This document shows, piece after piece, positions 1 through 12,799 of a stretch of DNA of 64,000 nt. Source of the stretch: Octopus vulgaris (lineage: Eukaryota); NCBI GenBank assembly GCA_951406725.2, contig OX597819.1:55986001-56050000 (forward strand). Direction: 5' to 3'. The notes under the pieces are model-generated. The model was not told the origin of the DNA. It ran no database searches and worked only from the letters and a program-made list of their open reading frames with translations. The stretch's first letter is position 1. Each line of letters opens with the position of its first letter. Made by a program: the position numbers and the translations under genes.

Positions 1-1213
1 GCTAGGATGATAAATGTACTAATTTCAAACGTATTTATTAAAGGGTGACCATCCCCAGAGACAGAGTGAGAAAAAAAATTAATAAAAACGAAATTAGTTT
101 GAACTTACAATAGAAAGAACGCAATGTTGGCTCACAGACAGAATAGTTTCCACAGTGCTTACTACGTATTTGTAGTCGATTATTATTGTCCATCCAAGTA
201 GATAATCGTGTTGTGGACTCTTTTAATGTGGAACGATTGGTGCATAAAATCACATGCAGCTCTTTATTGGAAATAAATTAGTTTCGAATTGATTGATATG
301 TCAGTTGACGATTCCCGTAGGTTAAATTTTTATTATTTTTAACCAGTTAATCGAAAATAAACAGAAACTAATCTAGATTGAATTCTAGTGCAAAACTGTT
401 AACTCCCTAACGACTCAGTTTATAATCTAATCTGATACTGTATTCAACGAAATACCTTCCTGCGCTTGTTATATCAGGTCAGGTCAAACGACCGCCTTCA
501 TCTTTGACCTAAATTAGTGAAAACAATTCGGCTTTGTCTTCGATTTACTATCGTAATTTACTCAGGTATTTGCTTCGATCTACTTTAGTACATACACACA
601 GCTTATTAAGAATTTCATGATTTTAATTTAAACTAATCATCCCAAAATGGTTACTTAGTTCCAGGCCTGCCCTAATCAAGTTTCATTTTAAATATAGGCA
701 TTCAGGCCTTGATGTTCTTGTCTTTGCTTAAACCTATTTTTGTTAAAATACTCTGCCTTGACTTCAACTAATTTAGAAAATCATGGAAAATCTAATAAAA
801 TTTCCGTTATTAAGCTGTTGTTTTAAACAAATCAGAATGAAATTTTGAGGGAAGGTTTGAATTTAGATAATTTTAAAACAGAAAATTTGTATTATAGATA
901 CAGGGTAGTTCCATGTGGATTTGAATAGTAAGAGTTAACGAGTAATGTACCCAAGATTACATTATCTTAGAAACACAAAGCTCCTGTATTTAAGATTGTA
1001 GGATGCGTACTTCGTACTTTGGGTCTTATCACTTGATGTTCACAACTGTTTGGATTTTAATTCTTATTGTTTTTGATTGCATTTTCCTAACTCAGCATTT
1101 TACTTGCTCTGTAATTACTTCATTCTATATGTTCATTTGATCTAATTAGCATTGCATTTATTAATTTCTTTGTGTACCTTATTGTATATATATATTTCTC
1201 TTTATTTTTTTAG

Positions 1214-2156
1214 ATTTGCTGCCTGCTACTTCCTCTGTCCACTACACCAATTTAAAGCGAATGATCCACCAGTCAGTGTTTCAATTGTCTTAAAGAAGAA
1301 ATGCCAGCAACCTAGAAATCACATTTTGGTTACACCAAATTCTGTAGTTAGAAAAACAGGCAAGAAAAACTTTACTGTTTGCCTCAGTCCTTTGCACTCC
1401 AACTATGACCGTATGGACGAATTGGTCGAATGGATGGAAGTCAACAAGTTATTTGGTGCCGATTATTTCATCTTCTACAACTACAGTATCAGTCGCAATG
1501 TAACTGCAATTATAAAGAAATACGCAGAAGAAGGTTTGTCAGAGACAGTTGAATGGAAAATACCATTTAAAAGTGAAGGTGGATCAGAGATTCATTATTT
1601 TGGTCAGCTCGCTGCTATAAATGACTGTCTTTATAGAAATATGTACAGGACTAAATTTATCGTGTTTATTGATGCAGATGAATTCATAATTCCGAGAAAG
1701 CATCGGAATTGGATGACTTTCATTGATAGTTTGAAACACGCCACAAATATAGGCGCATATATTTTCAGGTGTACTTTTTTTCGTAAAGAATGGGAAGATG
1801 CGAAAGAAAATTTCACCGGGAAAGACCTAGCTGAAAAATATAACATAGTGTCTTTGTTGAAACTAGATCGAGAGCCGAAAATACATCCTGCGTATATTCG
1901 TTCAAAAACTATTGTTAATCCTTTGAAAGTCGAAACAGTGGGAATTCATAATATTTGGACTTTTCGGACTGGGTATGTTGCTTCCGAAGTCGGAATTTCA
2001 CAGGGGTTGGTACATCACTATCGCAATTGGGAAAATCACAAAGACAAACAAAAAGTGCATGATTATTCAATACTTGCGTATAAGGATAGCATTATAAAAA
2101 GAATTACAGAAAGGTGGAAAATTCTTGAAGAGGTTTTGCAAGAAGTGAAGCAATAA
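1214..2156 (+). CDS. Terminal coding exon of a glycosyltransferase family 92 (DUF23; galt-1-like beta-1,4-galactosyltransferase) gene
   Basis: The open frame carries GT92-type motifs VCLSPL, EWMEVNKLFGADYFIFY, GQLAAINDCLYR, FIDADEFIIP (DxD), RSKTIVNP, GIH and HHYR. A pyrimidine tract plus AG at 1212-1213 marks a splice acceptor, so the track's start at 1152 is intronic. Stop TAA at 2154-2156. Upstream exons were not identified. Confidence 0.88.
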
Positions 2157-2351
2157 TTTTTTAAAGTTGGTAGATTCTTTCAAGATCTCAACATGCCAGT
2201 AAATAATTCATATGAAACATACTCATTTTTCACATAGCTATCCTGCAGCACCACACAAATAGTATTACAAGGGGTACTGGATATTAGCGTAGCTTTTAGT
2301 TAGTAAGGTAGCTGACACTTCAAAAGAAAAAAGTAAGTAAGAGAGAAGGAA

Positions 2352-2425
<74 letters not shown>

Positions 2426-2602
2426 AACATGTCCTTTTGAGTAAAACAATAACTCCTGCTAAAAGAATGTCTCTGTTAGAATGGTTGTTGTTAGTCAATT
2501 CAAATGTTTTATACAGCTATGTACACGTGAGTGAGCAAGACCAAACGTGAATAACTGAATTTGATCGAATGAAAGTAGTAAAAGAGAGAGGGAGAGAGAA
2601 AA

Positions 2603-2659
<57 letters not shown>

Positions 2660-5030
2660 CACACACAGAAAAAAGAGAGAAATAGTGAGAGAAAGAGAGA
2701 GCAAGTGGGAATGCGTCAAAGAAGAGATTGTCGTTATATGCAAGGCATTATAAAAGAATCCACAGAGTGCATGCACTCACATCTATCTGATATTAATTAA
2801 TGAAATAACCAAATTGTATCGGAACCTTTGTATGATAATACAGCTGCTGCTTTTGTCCCTTGTTTTGGGAAAAAAAATCTTTTATTTATATATTTTTTTA
2901 TATAATATTCGAATAATTCTTATCTCCATAATGTAGAGATTTTGTCCAAGAATCTGGTTCAATCCCAGTTTGCAGCAGAAATTAAACTTTCTAAATTCCA
3001 TTAGGGAAAGTGCCGTATTCGTTCTAATTAGATTTTAGGTGAGCATTCAAAAATATCTGCATCTGGGACAGATGTTGTCGTCACCTACACTCACAGACCA
3101 AACAAATACACAAACAAGAAAAAAAAAAAGAACAAAAGCAACAAAAAAACTTACCCATTCCAGATCCCATTTTATATTGTAGCAATGACTGTGAAGACGG
3201 CTCTAATGATTGGTGATGAAGAGGAAAGATTAGTGATGATAGAGGTGATAATGGTTATAATAGGATAAAAAGTATTGAAGTTGATAATAAAAGGATCAAA
3301 ACTATATTTATGACGATGATGACGGTGATAATGTTGACGATAATGTTGTCGAACCTTCGGCTGATTATCGAAACGAGACAATAAAGGCCAAATACAATGA
3401 AAGCTGCTACAATACCTCCACCCATCAATTACTACTACTACTACTACTACTACAGCCCTGCCACTACCGCCGACAGTTGTAATCTCAGTACAATCATCAT
3501 CAACACAAACCAGAAAAGAGAAATAAATATCACAAGAGTGAAAAACAAAAACAAAAAAACAAATGAAAAAGTAGTTAACAGAAAGCAATACAAAGCGACG
3601 ACCGTATAGAACAGCAAACAGGAAGTAAAAAAAAATACTTATGAACAGAAATAACAAAAAATATAAACAATACTAAACAAAACCGAAGAGATAAACTTGC
3701 AGACATGTAAATAAACAAAAAAACAGAATAAAAATATTTTACCAAAAATTGAAAGTAGAGGATAGGTTAAAAAGTATTAAGTAGAAAAAGTAAAGAAAAT
3801 AATAGAGTAATTAGGAAAAACTTTAAAAAAAAAACAAAAAAAAAAAACAGAAGTGAGTATAGAAAAGAAAAAAGAGTGAATTGAAAACTTGAATCAGGAA
3901 ATGAAATCAGGAAGACGTCAAGAAGAACCCTCACCTGTATATACACAGCAAAAAGTACATAGCAGAAAACAGAAACTGCCAATAGAAAAACTGCATACAA
4001 CTAATAAGTGAAGCAGGAAACAGAAGCATGAGAAAAAAAAAAAAAAAACACAAAAATCCCCAGAAAAACAGGATAGCAGCAACAATGCAAAAAAAAAAAA
4101 AAACATATGAAAACGGTAAATAGGAAAAACTACATACATGAAAGGTACACATTTCTCCATTGGTTATAAAACAGTTTGAAGGTTACTTTTTAATAAAAAA
4201 AAATTCGTGGATCCTCCTTTAAAAAAAATACTTAAATCTATTTTTTCATAATTAAAACTTTTTAAATTCTTGGCAAAAACAATTTTAAAAAATTGGTTTG
4301 TAATAAAAAAAAAACATAAAACAGAAATGACAAAAAAATAACAAAACCATTAAAAACATGTTATTTTTAACAAAATAAAAGCCTGAGGGGAATTGTTTGT
4401 GGTATTATTAAAAGTTTATTATTAAAACTTGTTCTCGCATTTTTCATATCATGCACGAACGTGAGTTTGAGCGCGCGCATGTTTGTACAGCGAGGGGTGG
4501 CATAAAATGGTGATTAGCTCACAACGTAAGGGCTAAAAATACGAATCTGGTTTGAGCCAATAATTTATTTTCAATTTCCAAGATGTGGATGAAATCAGTT
4601 TCACTTTTGGAGAATATGCTGAACTGTAAGGTAAAGGCAGCCACGCGATCGAAAGGGACCAATAAAATGTATTCTCAAACTAAGTGCTGGGTTCATTAAG
4701 ATTGACCACCGCAAAAAAAAAAAAGAGAAAAAAAAAAGAAAATTCCACTGTAACGGATATTTGTCGCCGTCCAATGACTGAGAGTAGTAAGAGAATAAAA
4801 ATATGCATGTATGCGAGGAGTGGCTGTGTAGTAAGCAGTTTGCTTCTCAACCACATAGTTCTGGGCTCGGTCCCAATCTGTGGCATCATCGGCAAGCGTT
4901 TTATACTTTAGCTGCGGGCCGAATGTAAAAACGAACGAGCGACGAACTGATGATCCGTAATTCTTCATCAGTTATCGACCAATTGGTAGTATTCAGTTTC
5001 GCAACTTTAACAATATATACACACACACAC

Positions 5031-5104
<74 letters not shown>

Positions 5105-5173
5105 GAAAATAAATCAAGATAGAAAATTTTAAAATAATTGTATCATGAACATTTTATATATATATATATATAT

Positions 5174-5755
5174 ACAGGGTACAGTGAATAAACTGTCGTC
5201 GAAATTATGCAAAAATGAAAATAACACTGGCATCTTATATATTTACAGATATCTTTACCAAAATTACATAAAATTATCTTGAAATACTAGAGTAAATTTA
5301 CTCAATAAAAAATCACCACTGGCTTTAACCTCGGCAGCCAGACGACTTCGGAATCTCCTGCAACTATTCTGGAGGGTCTCCTTGTTTAAGTTGGTGAATG
5401 CTGTCATAATCCTTGCCTTCAGTTCATCTTTGGTGTCAGAAGGAGTTTTGTTTGTCTCTCGCTCAACTGCGACCACATATAATAATGAAGTGGGTTGCAG
5501 TCAGGGGAGTTAATTGACAAGATGTTAAGGGTGATGTGGTCGTAGAAATTATCTGACAGCCATGACTGAGTTCTCCTGCATGTGTGGCAGGGTGCAGAGT
5601 CCAGTTGCCTGACATAGGGTCTTCCAGCAACCAACTGCTTGACCCAGGGTAGTACGACCTCCTCCAAGCACTTGATGCAGGCTTCTGTGTTGAGTGTGAG
5701 GCCATGTAGGGAGATGAATGAAAGCGTAACGTCGCCGTCACTTGTGATTACTGAA
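5174..5755 (-). mobile_element. maT (DD37D) Tc1/mariner-superfamily transposon, 3' relic
   Basis: Frameshifted transposase C-terminus QLDSAPCH...NSPDCNPL(H)YYMW with 37 residues between the second D and the third (mutated) catalytic position, then CRRFRSRL..VKASGDF. TA-CAGGG terminus at about 5172-5178. Confidence 0.75.
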
Positions 5756-5976
5756 AGTCGTTTTTTTTTATATTTACTACGGATTGCTTGAAGCTAACTT
5801 TCTTCCTACACCTCGATCCTTGGATCTTACACACACACACGCACACACACATACATATATATTGTTGCCTGAGATACACTAGCACATTATCCTCACAAGC
5901 TCCCACCAGATGACGTATCTCCTTAAAAAAAATATTTATATATAGTAACTTCGTGATTTGCTTAGAAGCGATGCTT

Positions 5977-6073
<97 letters not shown>

Positions 6074-6078
6074 AATTT

Positions 6079-6218
6079 ATAAATAAGGATAATATCGATA
6101 TTATCAAGTGGCCAGCATGGGAATAAATACCATACAAAGATAATAATTGAACATTTAAGGGGGTTTTTAGAGTCGGGGTTTTGACTGCTATTTCGGCATG
6201 GTGGTATCTCTCAGATAC

Positions 6219-6222
<4 letters not shown>
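6079..6222. repeat. Short copy of the repeat family that forms the 19.8-20.6 kb palindrome
   Basis: 6084-6150 matches 19742-19818, and 6149-6222 matches 20520-20593. Embedded in (TA)n. Confidence 0.7.
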
Positions 6223-6268
<46 letters not shown>

Positions 6269-6349
6269 CAAATATAAACAAATAAAACATATGCATATAT
6301 ATAAACATATATGTACGTACCTACCTCTACATGTATATATACACGCATA

Positions 6350-6777
6350 TATGAATACAGGACACCAAAAAGACGTCGAACACAATGAGAAACGAAAACA
6401 TAGACGCAAACCAAGGAACTGGACATTTTTTTAAACAACAAAAAAATAGAGTACAGGACAATTAACACAAAGAAAAAACCCCTTCTTCAGTCGCTATGGT
6501 TTCATCTACTCTACGTTTCGAAGGTGAAAGCGAGACGTATCTTCGACAAGAAACTTTCCTTCCTGCGAAAAGCAAATCAATTAAAATTTTGAGATCTTTT
6601 TGCAGAGGGGTAAAAAATGGTAACAAAACAGGACAGTAACGACAGTACAAATTATAAACAGTAAAAGACAGGACAAGGAAAAACAAGATAAGAAGGGCTG
6701 TTAACGCGGAACGAAAAAAATGTATTACGAACGCGGATTTTTTTGTGAACGACGAACGGACCAAAAAGAATTGCCGT

Positions 6778-6780
<3 letters not shown>
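6350..6780 (-). mobile_element. Non-coding Penelope-terminal-repeat-like element with degenerate hammerhead-like motif
   Basis: Minus strand reads TTGTCGAAGA...TTCGAAACGTAGAG at about 6509-6550, the same layout as the motifs at 34.1 and 34.3 kb. Flanked by (TA)n. Confidence 0.4.
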
Positions 6781-6859
<79 letters not shown>

Positions 6860-7349
6860 ACATATATATATATATATGTACAGGCAAAAAAAAAACATAA
6901 ATAAAAACATAAACAGCGAGAAGCAAAAGAACATATACAGAGAATTTATTAGGTTGACGCTCAGTTTAACATGGAAAAATAGAGTTGTAGTGGTGGGGTG
7001 ATTTTTCGAGCATGGCTCTTCGTCAGAAGGCAAATAATAGTCCGAGAAAAGCATGTTTGTTTGTGTGTGTGTGTGTGTGTGTGTGCGTGCACGCTCATTG
7101 GACAAACACAGATTCATACCTGTAGGAGGATGCTGTATATCAAAAATTTATATGTACACCTCACTTTCTATTAGAAAATTCTAGTTTAATGAGTGCGTTA
7201 TTAGTTGCTTTTTTTAAAAATAAACTAAAGATGCTACATTTTTCCAAACTGCAAAAATTTGCAGATAAAAGCAGAAAATTCAAGAAAACTTAAGCACCTT
7301 GTATGTAAAATCTATATGCTTGTATGCGGTCTTCATTCAAAATAAAATA

Positions 7350-7915
7350 TTGGGTTGTCCGGAAAGTTCGTGTCGATTTTTAAAGGAAAGAAAAAGGTCA
7401 ATAAATACTTGCCATTACATTTTTAATCAACCAAATATGAGCCATTTTGTTGCACAATGCGTCTCCATCTTACCTTCACCTTGAAAATACCCTCTTCCCA
7501 GAATTGAGGTGATTCCATGGCAAAGAATTCATCAAGGTATCTTTTTACGTCATCCAAGGAATTGAAATTTTTACCATTAAGACTATTCTGCAGAGACCTG
7601 AATAAGTGGAAATCCGAAGGAGCAATATCTGGTGAATATGGAGGGTGGGGTAACACATCCCAACCGAGCTGCAGCAATTTTTGTCTGGTTCCCAAAGCAT
7701 CAAGTGCCGAAAATGAACTTTCTTATCTTCCATTTTAAAGGGTTACAGAATTAACACAGATTATAGGAACATAAACCTTCTTCCACGAAAAGATAGCTTA
7801 AACTGTGCTCTAAACGGAGGTGTAGTCAAATTCTATTTTATGGACTCAACCATGTTCTAAAATAAGTCGAAATGTAAGCTACTATAAATCGGCACGAACT
7901 TTCTAGACAACCCAA
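7350..7915 (-). mobile_element. Internally deleted mariner (same family as 52227-53501)
   Basis: Both TIRs (TTGGGTTGTCC.GAAAGTTCGTG). The N-terminus MEDKKVHFRHLML is fused directly to the C-terminus LGWDVLPHPPYSPDIAPSDFHLFRS. Confidence 0.92.
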
Positions 7916-7957
7916 ATATAATTTTATTCACAAGGTCGTTATAACATATTTCTTCAT

Positions 7958-8170
7958 TCCTTCACTTGTTTCAGTCATTTGACTTCGGCTATGTTGGAGA
8001 ACCGCCTTAAAGGACCCTAGGACTTACTCTTTGTAAGCCTAGTATTTTTTTTCTATCGGCCTTTTTTGCCTAACCGCAAAGTTACGGGAACATAAATACG
8101 CCAACATCGGTTGTCAAGCGATGGCAGGAGTACAAACACAGACACAGACACAGACACACACACACACAGA

Positions 8171-8203
<33 letters not shown>

Positions 8204-8646
8204 ACAGACAGACAGACACACACACACACACACACACTCACACACAGACAGACACACACACACACACACATATACAACGGGCTTCTTTCAGTTTTCCATC
8301 AACCAAATTCACTCACAAGGCTTTGGTCAGCCCGAGGCTATAGTAAAAGACATTTGCCCAAGGTCCCAGACAGTGAGACTGAACCTGGAACCATGTGGGT
8401 GGGAAGCAAGCTTCTTACCACACAACCACCCCTGCGCCTGTGTAGTAATGATTTTCTTTATCTTCATTTACTGGACTGCGGCCATGCTAGTGCACCACTT
8501 TGAAGGGCTTTAGTAGAACTAATCGACCACAGGACTTATTCTATGTAAGCCTAGTATTTATTCTATCATGCTCTTTTGCCGAACCGTTAACTTACTGAGA
8601 CATAAACACACCAGCATCGGTTGTCAAGTGATGGCAGTGGGTGGGT

Positions 8647-8742
<96 letters not shown>

Positions 8743-9630
8743 GATGGGATCCTTTCAGTTTCCGTCTAGCAAATCCACTCAAAGCTTTGGTCTGTCCGAG
8801 GCTATAGTAGAAGACACTTGCCCAAGGTGCCACGCAGTGAGACTGAACCCGGAACTATGTGGTTGGGAAGAAAGCTTTTTACCACACAACCAGTTCTGCA
8901 CCTGTATAGTAATGATTTCTCTTAATCTTCGTTTACTGGACTGCGACCATGCTGGAGCACCGCTTCGAAGGTTTTTTTTTTAGTCGAACAATTCGACCCC
9001 AGTTCTTGCTTTTCTTTTTAATGTCTGGTCTTCATTCTATCGTCAGTTTCCCTGACCCTTAATTATGCAGCACTTAAAGAAAACAACACCAGTTGTCAAG
9101 CTGTCGTGGCGGTGAGACAAAGACATACACAAAAACATTGTCACTTACGCACGTATGCACAGGTACGCGTCTATATATACAACGAGTTTCCACACAACTT
9201 CCGTCTAGCAAATTCACAAACAAGGCATTGGTCGGCCAGGGTCCAGGGTACTATGCAGTGATGTACCCTGGTTCAGGGTACTATGCAGCGATGCGGCACT
9301 TCCTTGAAGTGCTCAGTCGATTATATCGGTTCCGCGACGAGTTTTTCTTTCAAATCAGGTAGTTATTCTATTGTTCCTTTTGTCGAATCGGTAAGTCACA
9401 GGACGTAAACTAACCAACACCGGCTGTCGAGTGGGGAGAGGAGGACAAACTGAAAGACACGCAAGTACGCTGACACATTCATATGTGCGACTGGCTTCCA
9501 TACAGTTTCTAGCTACCAAATTCATTCTCAAGGTATTGCTCAGCCCGAGACCATAACAGAAGATGCTTGACCAAGGTGCCACCCTGTGGGACTGAACCCG
9601 AAAACTAGTAGTTCAGAATAGAAATTCGCT
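7958..9630 (-). mobile_element. Head-to-tail array of about four tRNA-derived SINEs (family A)
   Basis: Units at about 7958-8439, 8470-8903, 8935-9240 and 9350-9630. Each has part or all of the GGTTCAGT B-box head, GCACCTTGGGCAAGTGTCTTCT body, internal (CA)n and CAGCATGGCC.CAGTC tail. Confidence 0.8.
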
Positions 9631-10811
9631 AGCTATGTGTGTATGTGTGCGGGGGGATAAAGAGGCAGAGAGAGATAGGAAGAGAGAGAGAGGGAGAGTG
9701 AGTCTGTGAGAGATATTTGCATGTGAAGGTGATAACGTTACCCGTGCTAAAGATCCAACATTTCATAGATGTATTTGTGTGTATGTGTGTTTATGTGTGT
9801 GCGTGTGTGTGTATTTTTGTACGTGTGCGTGTGTCTGCATTTGTGTATGTGTGTGTATCTGTGTGCATGTGTTCGCGTATGCTTGTACGTGTGAGAGAGG
9901 AGTACTTGTGATAGTGGTTCGTATGTGGTGATGATTGTAATGCTGATTGTAGTTATAGATCCAGTAGGTGGTTATAAGAGCGTGTGGGAGAATATGTTGC
10001 ATGTGCCGAAGGAAACAAAGAAATGAAGTGATAACGGGAAAATGGAGCTAAATATAAAGACAGTAAGTAATTTCGGAATAAGAGAATAGTGGAATTAAAA
10101 ATATGCAAAATATATTTTACGTAAGAATAGAAAATTTAAATTAAGGATTTTGGAATAATAGATCTAAGGAATGCAAGAATAAAAGATTTTTATAAAAATG
10201 ACAAAGAAAAGTTGAAAGTGGGAAAGGGTGAAAGAATAGAGAATGTTCTGGAATGAATAAATGGTAGAAAACACTCAGAAAGAAGGATAGGAGAAAAGAA
10301 TAGGAGAATAGGAGAGTGTAGATTAAGGATGGGGTTTCAATGTGTGAATGGATAGAAAGTATGAAGAAATGTAGAATTATAGAATGAGAATTGCAATTTT
10401 GAGGATATATATTGTGGAAAAAAATAATAATTGAAATGAGGGGATGAAAGCAGTAAGAACTAAGGTTACAAAGGACCAAATAAATGAATAATAGAAAAGA
10501 ATCAGAAAATGAGATGTGTGAAGAGAAGGAAAAATGCATTCGGAATAAAAAATTAACTGTTGAAGTTTTAACTAAATCGCTGAGAGAAACTACTCTAAAA
10601 GAGAGCTATGTATTTGAAATACATAGACTTATGAGTCTCAGATTAGTAACTCAGTAAATTGTGAACCTCTATTTACTATGTTTATAATTTGGAATTAACT
10701 GAGATTATCCGTTAAATGAGTGATAAAAGTTCTTCTGTAAATAAAATCTGAAAACAAACAAGTAAGATCAGCTAGCTGAGACGTTTTTGAAAATAGAGGC
10801 CATAAAGAAGA

Positions 10812-10998
10812 GTAAGTGGATCCTGTCTGTTGCAACTGAAATTAACGGACAATTTTCAGTGTAACTTGATAACACTGGATCATATTCATTCAATAAAACT
10901 TAGAAGTTGTATATACATATACAACTAAATGTGATCAAGTTACACTGAAACTTGTCCGCTACTTTCAGTCGCAAAATCTACAGACAGGATCCACTTAC
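10812..10998. mobile_element. MITE-like element with about 60-bp imperfect terminal inverted repeats
   Basis: GTAAGTGGATCCTGTCTGT...TTTCAGTGTAACTTGAT is mirrored by ATCAAGTTACACTGAAA...ACAGACAGGATCCACTTAC. Confidence 0.7.
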
Positions 10999-11390
10999 AG
11001 TGGTCTAGCATATATATAAAAAAAAAAATCCGAAGATTTAAAAATTATATTACAATTAATAAGGGGAATGACCACTAAAATGGATTCCTATACGCTAGAA
11101 ATAGACGTCAACTCACCTTACCACAAAGAGTTTGTTCTCAAGAAAAAGAAACCCAGCAAATGGGAAAACGTTTCTGTGTATAGTTCTCTGAAAGCCTTAG
11201 TGTCCAGTACTTTCACTCTAGTATAAAAGTTGAATGGTGGTGAAAGGAAAGAAAATGATTTGTTAATGGAATGCTGATGAAGCCTAGAATTGATGCACAA
11301 ATCAGTAATTTAAAGTACAAAAATCGAATATTCTCGGAATTAGTATAAATATTCCAAACAGTCTCTTTAACTTTATGACAATGATCCGAG

Positions 11391-11460
<70 letters not shown>

Positions 11461-11830
11461 CATATGTAAAAAAATACAAACTGGGACAAGAACGCAAAAC
11501 ATTTAGAAGACGATACAAAAAACACGGACGGGACATTCGAAGCCTTCAATCTTCAGTCAAGAACCGGATCATCCTCGCAATTTCGGCTGATTAATCTTGA
11601 GATTGCTCCATTCTGGCCAGCCCCAAGGAAAATCTAAGCTAAGCGCATTAGATTCCTTGGAAGAAAACTTCGAATGTATACAAAACAAAGACGGAAAAAC
11701 GGACGATGTTACACGAATATGAATACAAAAATACGTAAAAACAATAATGATAATAATAATAACAAAAACAGGACGTCACATACAGGCGTTATATATATGT
11801 TTGTGTGTGTATGAATATATATATATATAT

Positions 11831-11927
<97 letters not shown>

Positions 11928-12524
11928 TATATACGGTCACGCACACACACACACACAAACATATATATATATATAAACATACATGGTATGCCTCTGGATA
12001 TTATTTGTTCTATACTCTTTTTGATTTTCATATTAAGGACTCGATTGTCGCAGTTGCTTTTAAAGAGACACACAGAGGTACGCAGGTGATACAACCCGTC
12101 TTTCCTCATTAAATTTCGCATAGAAGTGCTTGTAGATGAAATGTTACTCTAATGTCATGAACAATGAGCCCGTAATAAAACAAAACAAGAATTTAAAAGG
12201 CGACATGACTATTTATTCTTATTCATCGACAGCCTGACAAAATTATGAAACATATTTAATAAAGCTACAGTTCTACATCATGAACAACGCGTAAGCCTAG
12301 TAACAATACCAAACACAGCACGTTGTCTGACAATCTTTTATGGCAACCATTCATATATATAGCATCTGTAAGTTTTTCTTCAGCAAGACAAGTGAAAATA
12401 TTTCCTCTCCGATCATCTGCTGCGCTGTGTCAGGATACAGTGCTGCTCTTTATATGTCGGCTGAAGTTTCACAAATTTCTCATGGCAAACACACACACAC
12501 ACACTTATACACATACACACACAA

Positions 12525-12564
<40 letters not shown>

Positions 12565-12732
12565 GGTATGAATAATGGTCATTACATATTTTTCTTTACT
12601 GAGGTAAATTTGGCTTACAGCTGTTTCCAATAGTCATCACCGGTACGTTACCGATAGGCTTACTCAATTGGTCAATTGATTAGTTGAGAAAAACAGCCTC
12701 ATCAGAGTCATTTCTCGTTATATGTGCATATC

Positions 12733-12798
<66 letters not shown>

Positions 12799-12799
12799 A

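Noticed and set aside
1152-1213. N-terminal hydrophobic stretch of the 334-aa ORF as a signal or TM anchor
   Set aside because: It has a TTG start and T-rich sequence ending in a splice acceptor, so it is intron.
9990-10550. Purine-rich strand-biased tracts (also about 3400-4200, 18540-19100 and 21450-21950) as decayed LINE ORFs
   Set aside because: Plausible, but no diagnostic motif could be read.
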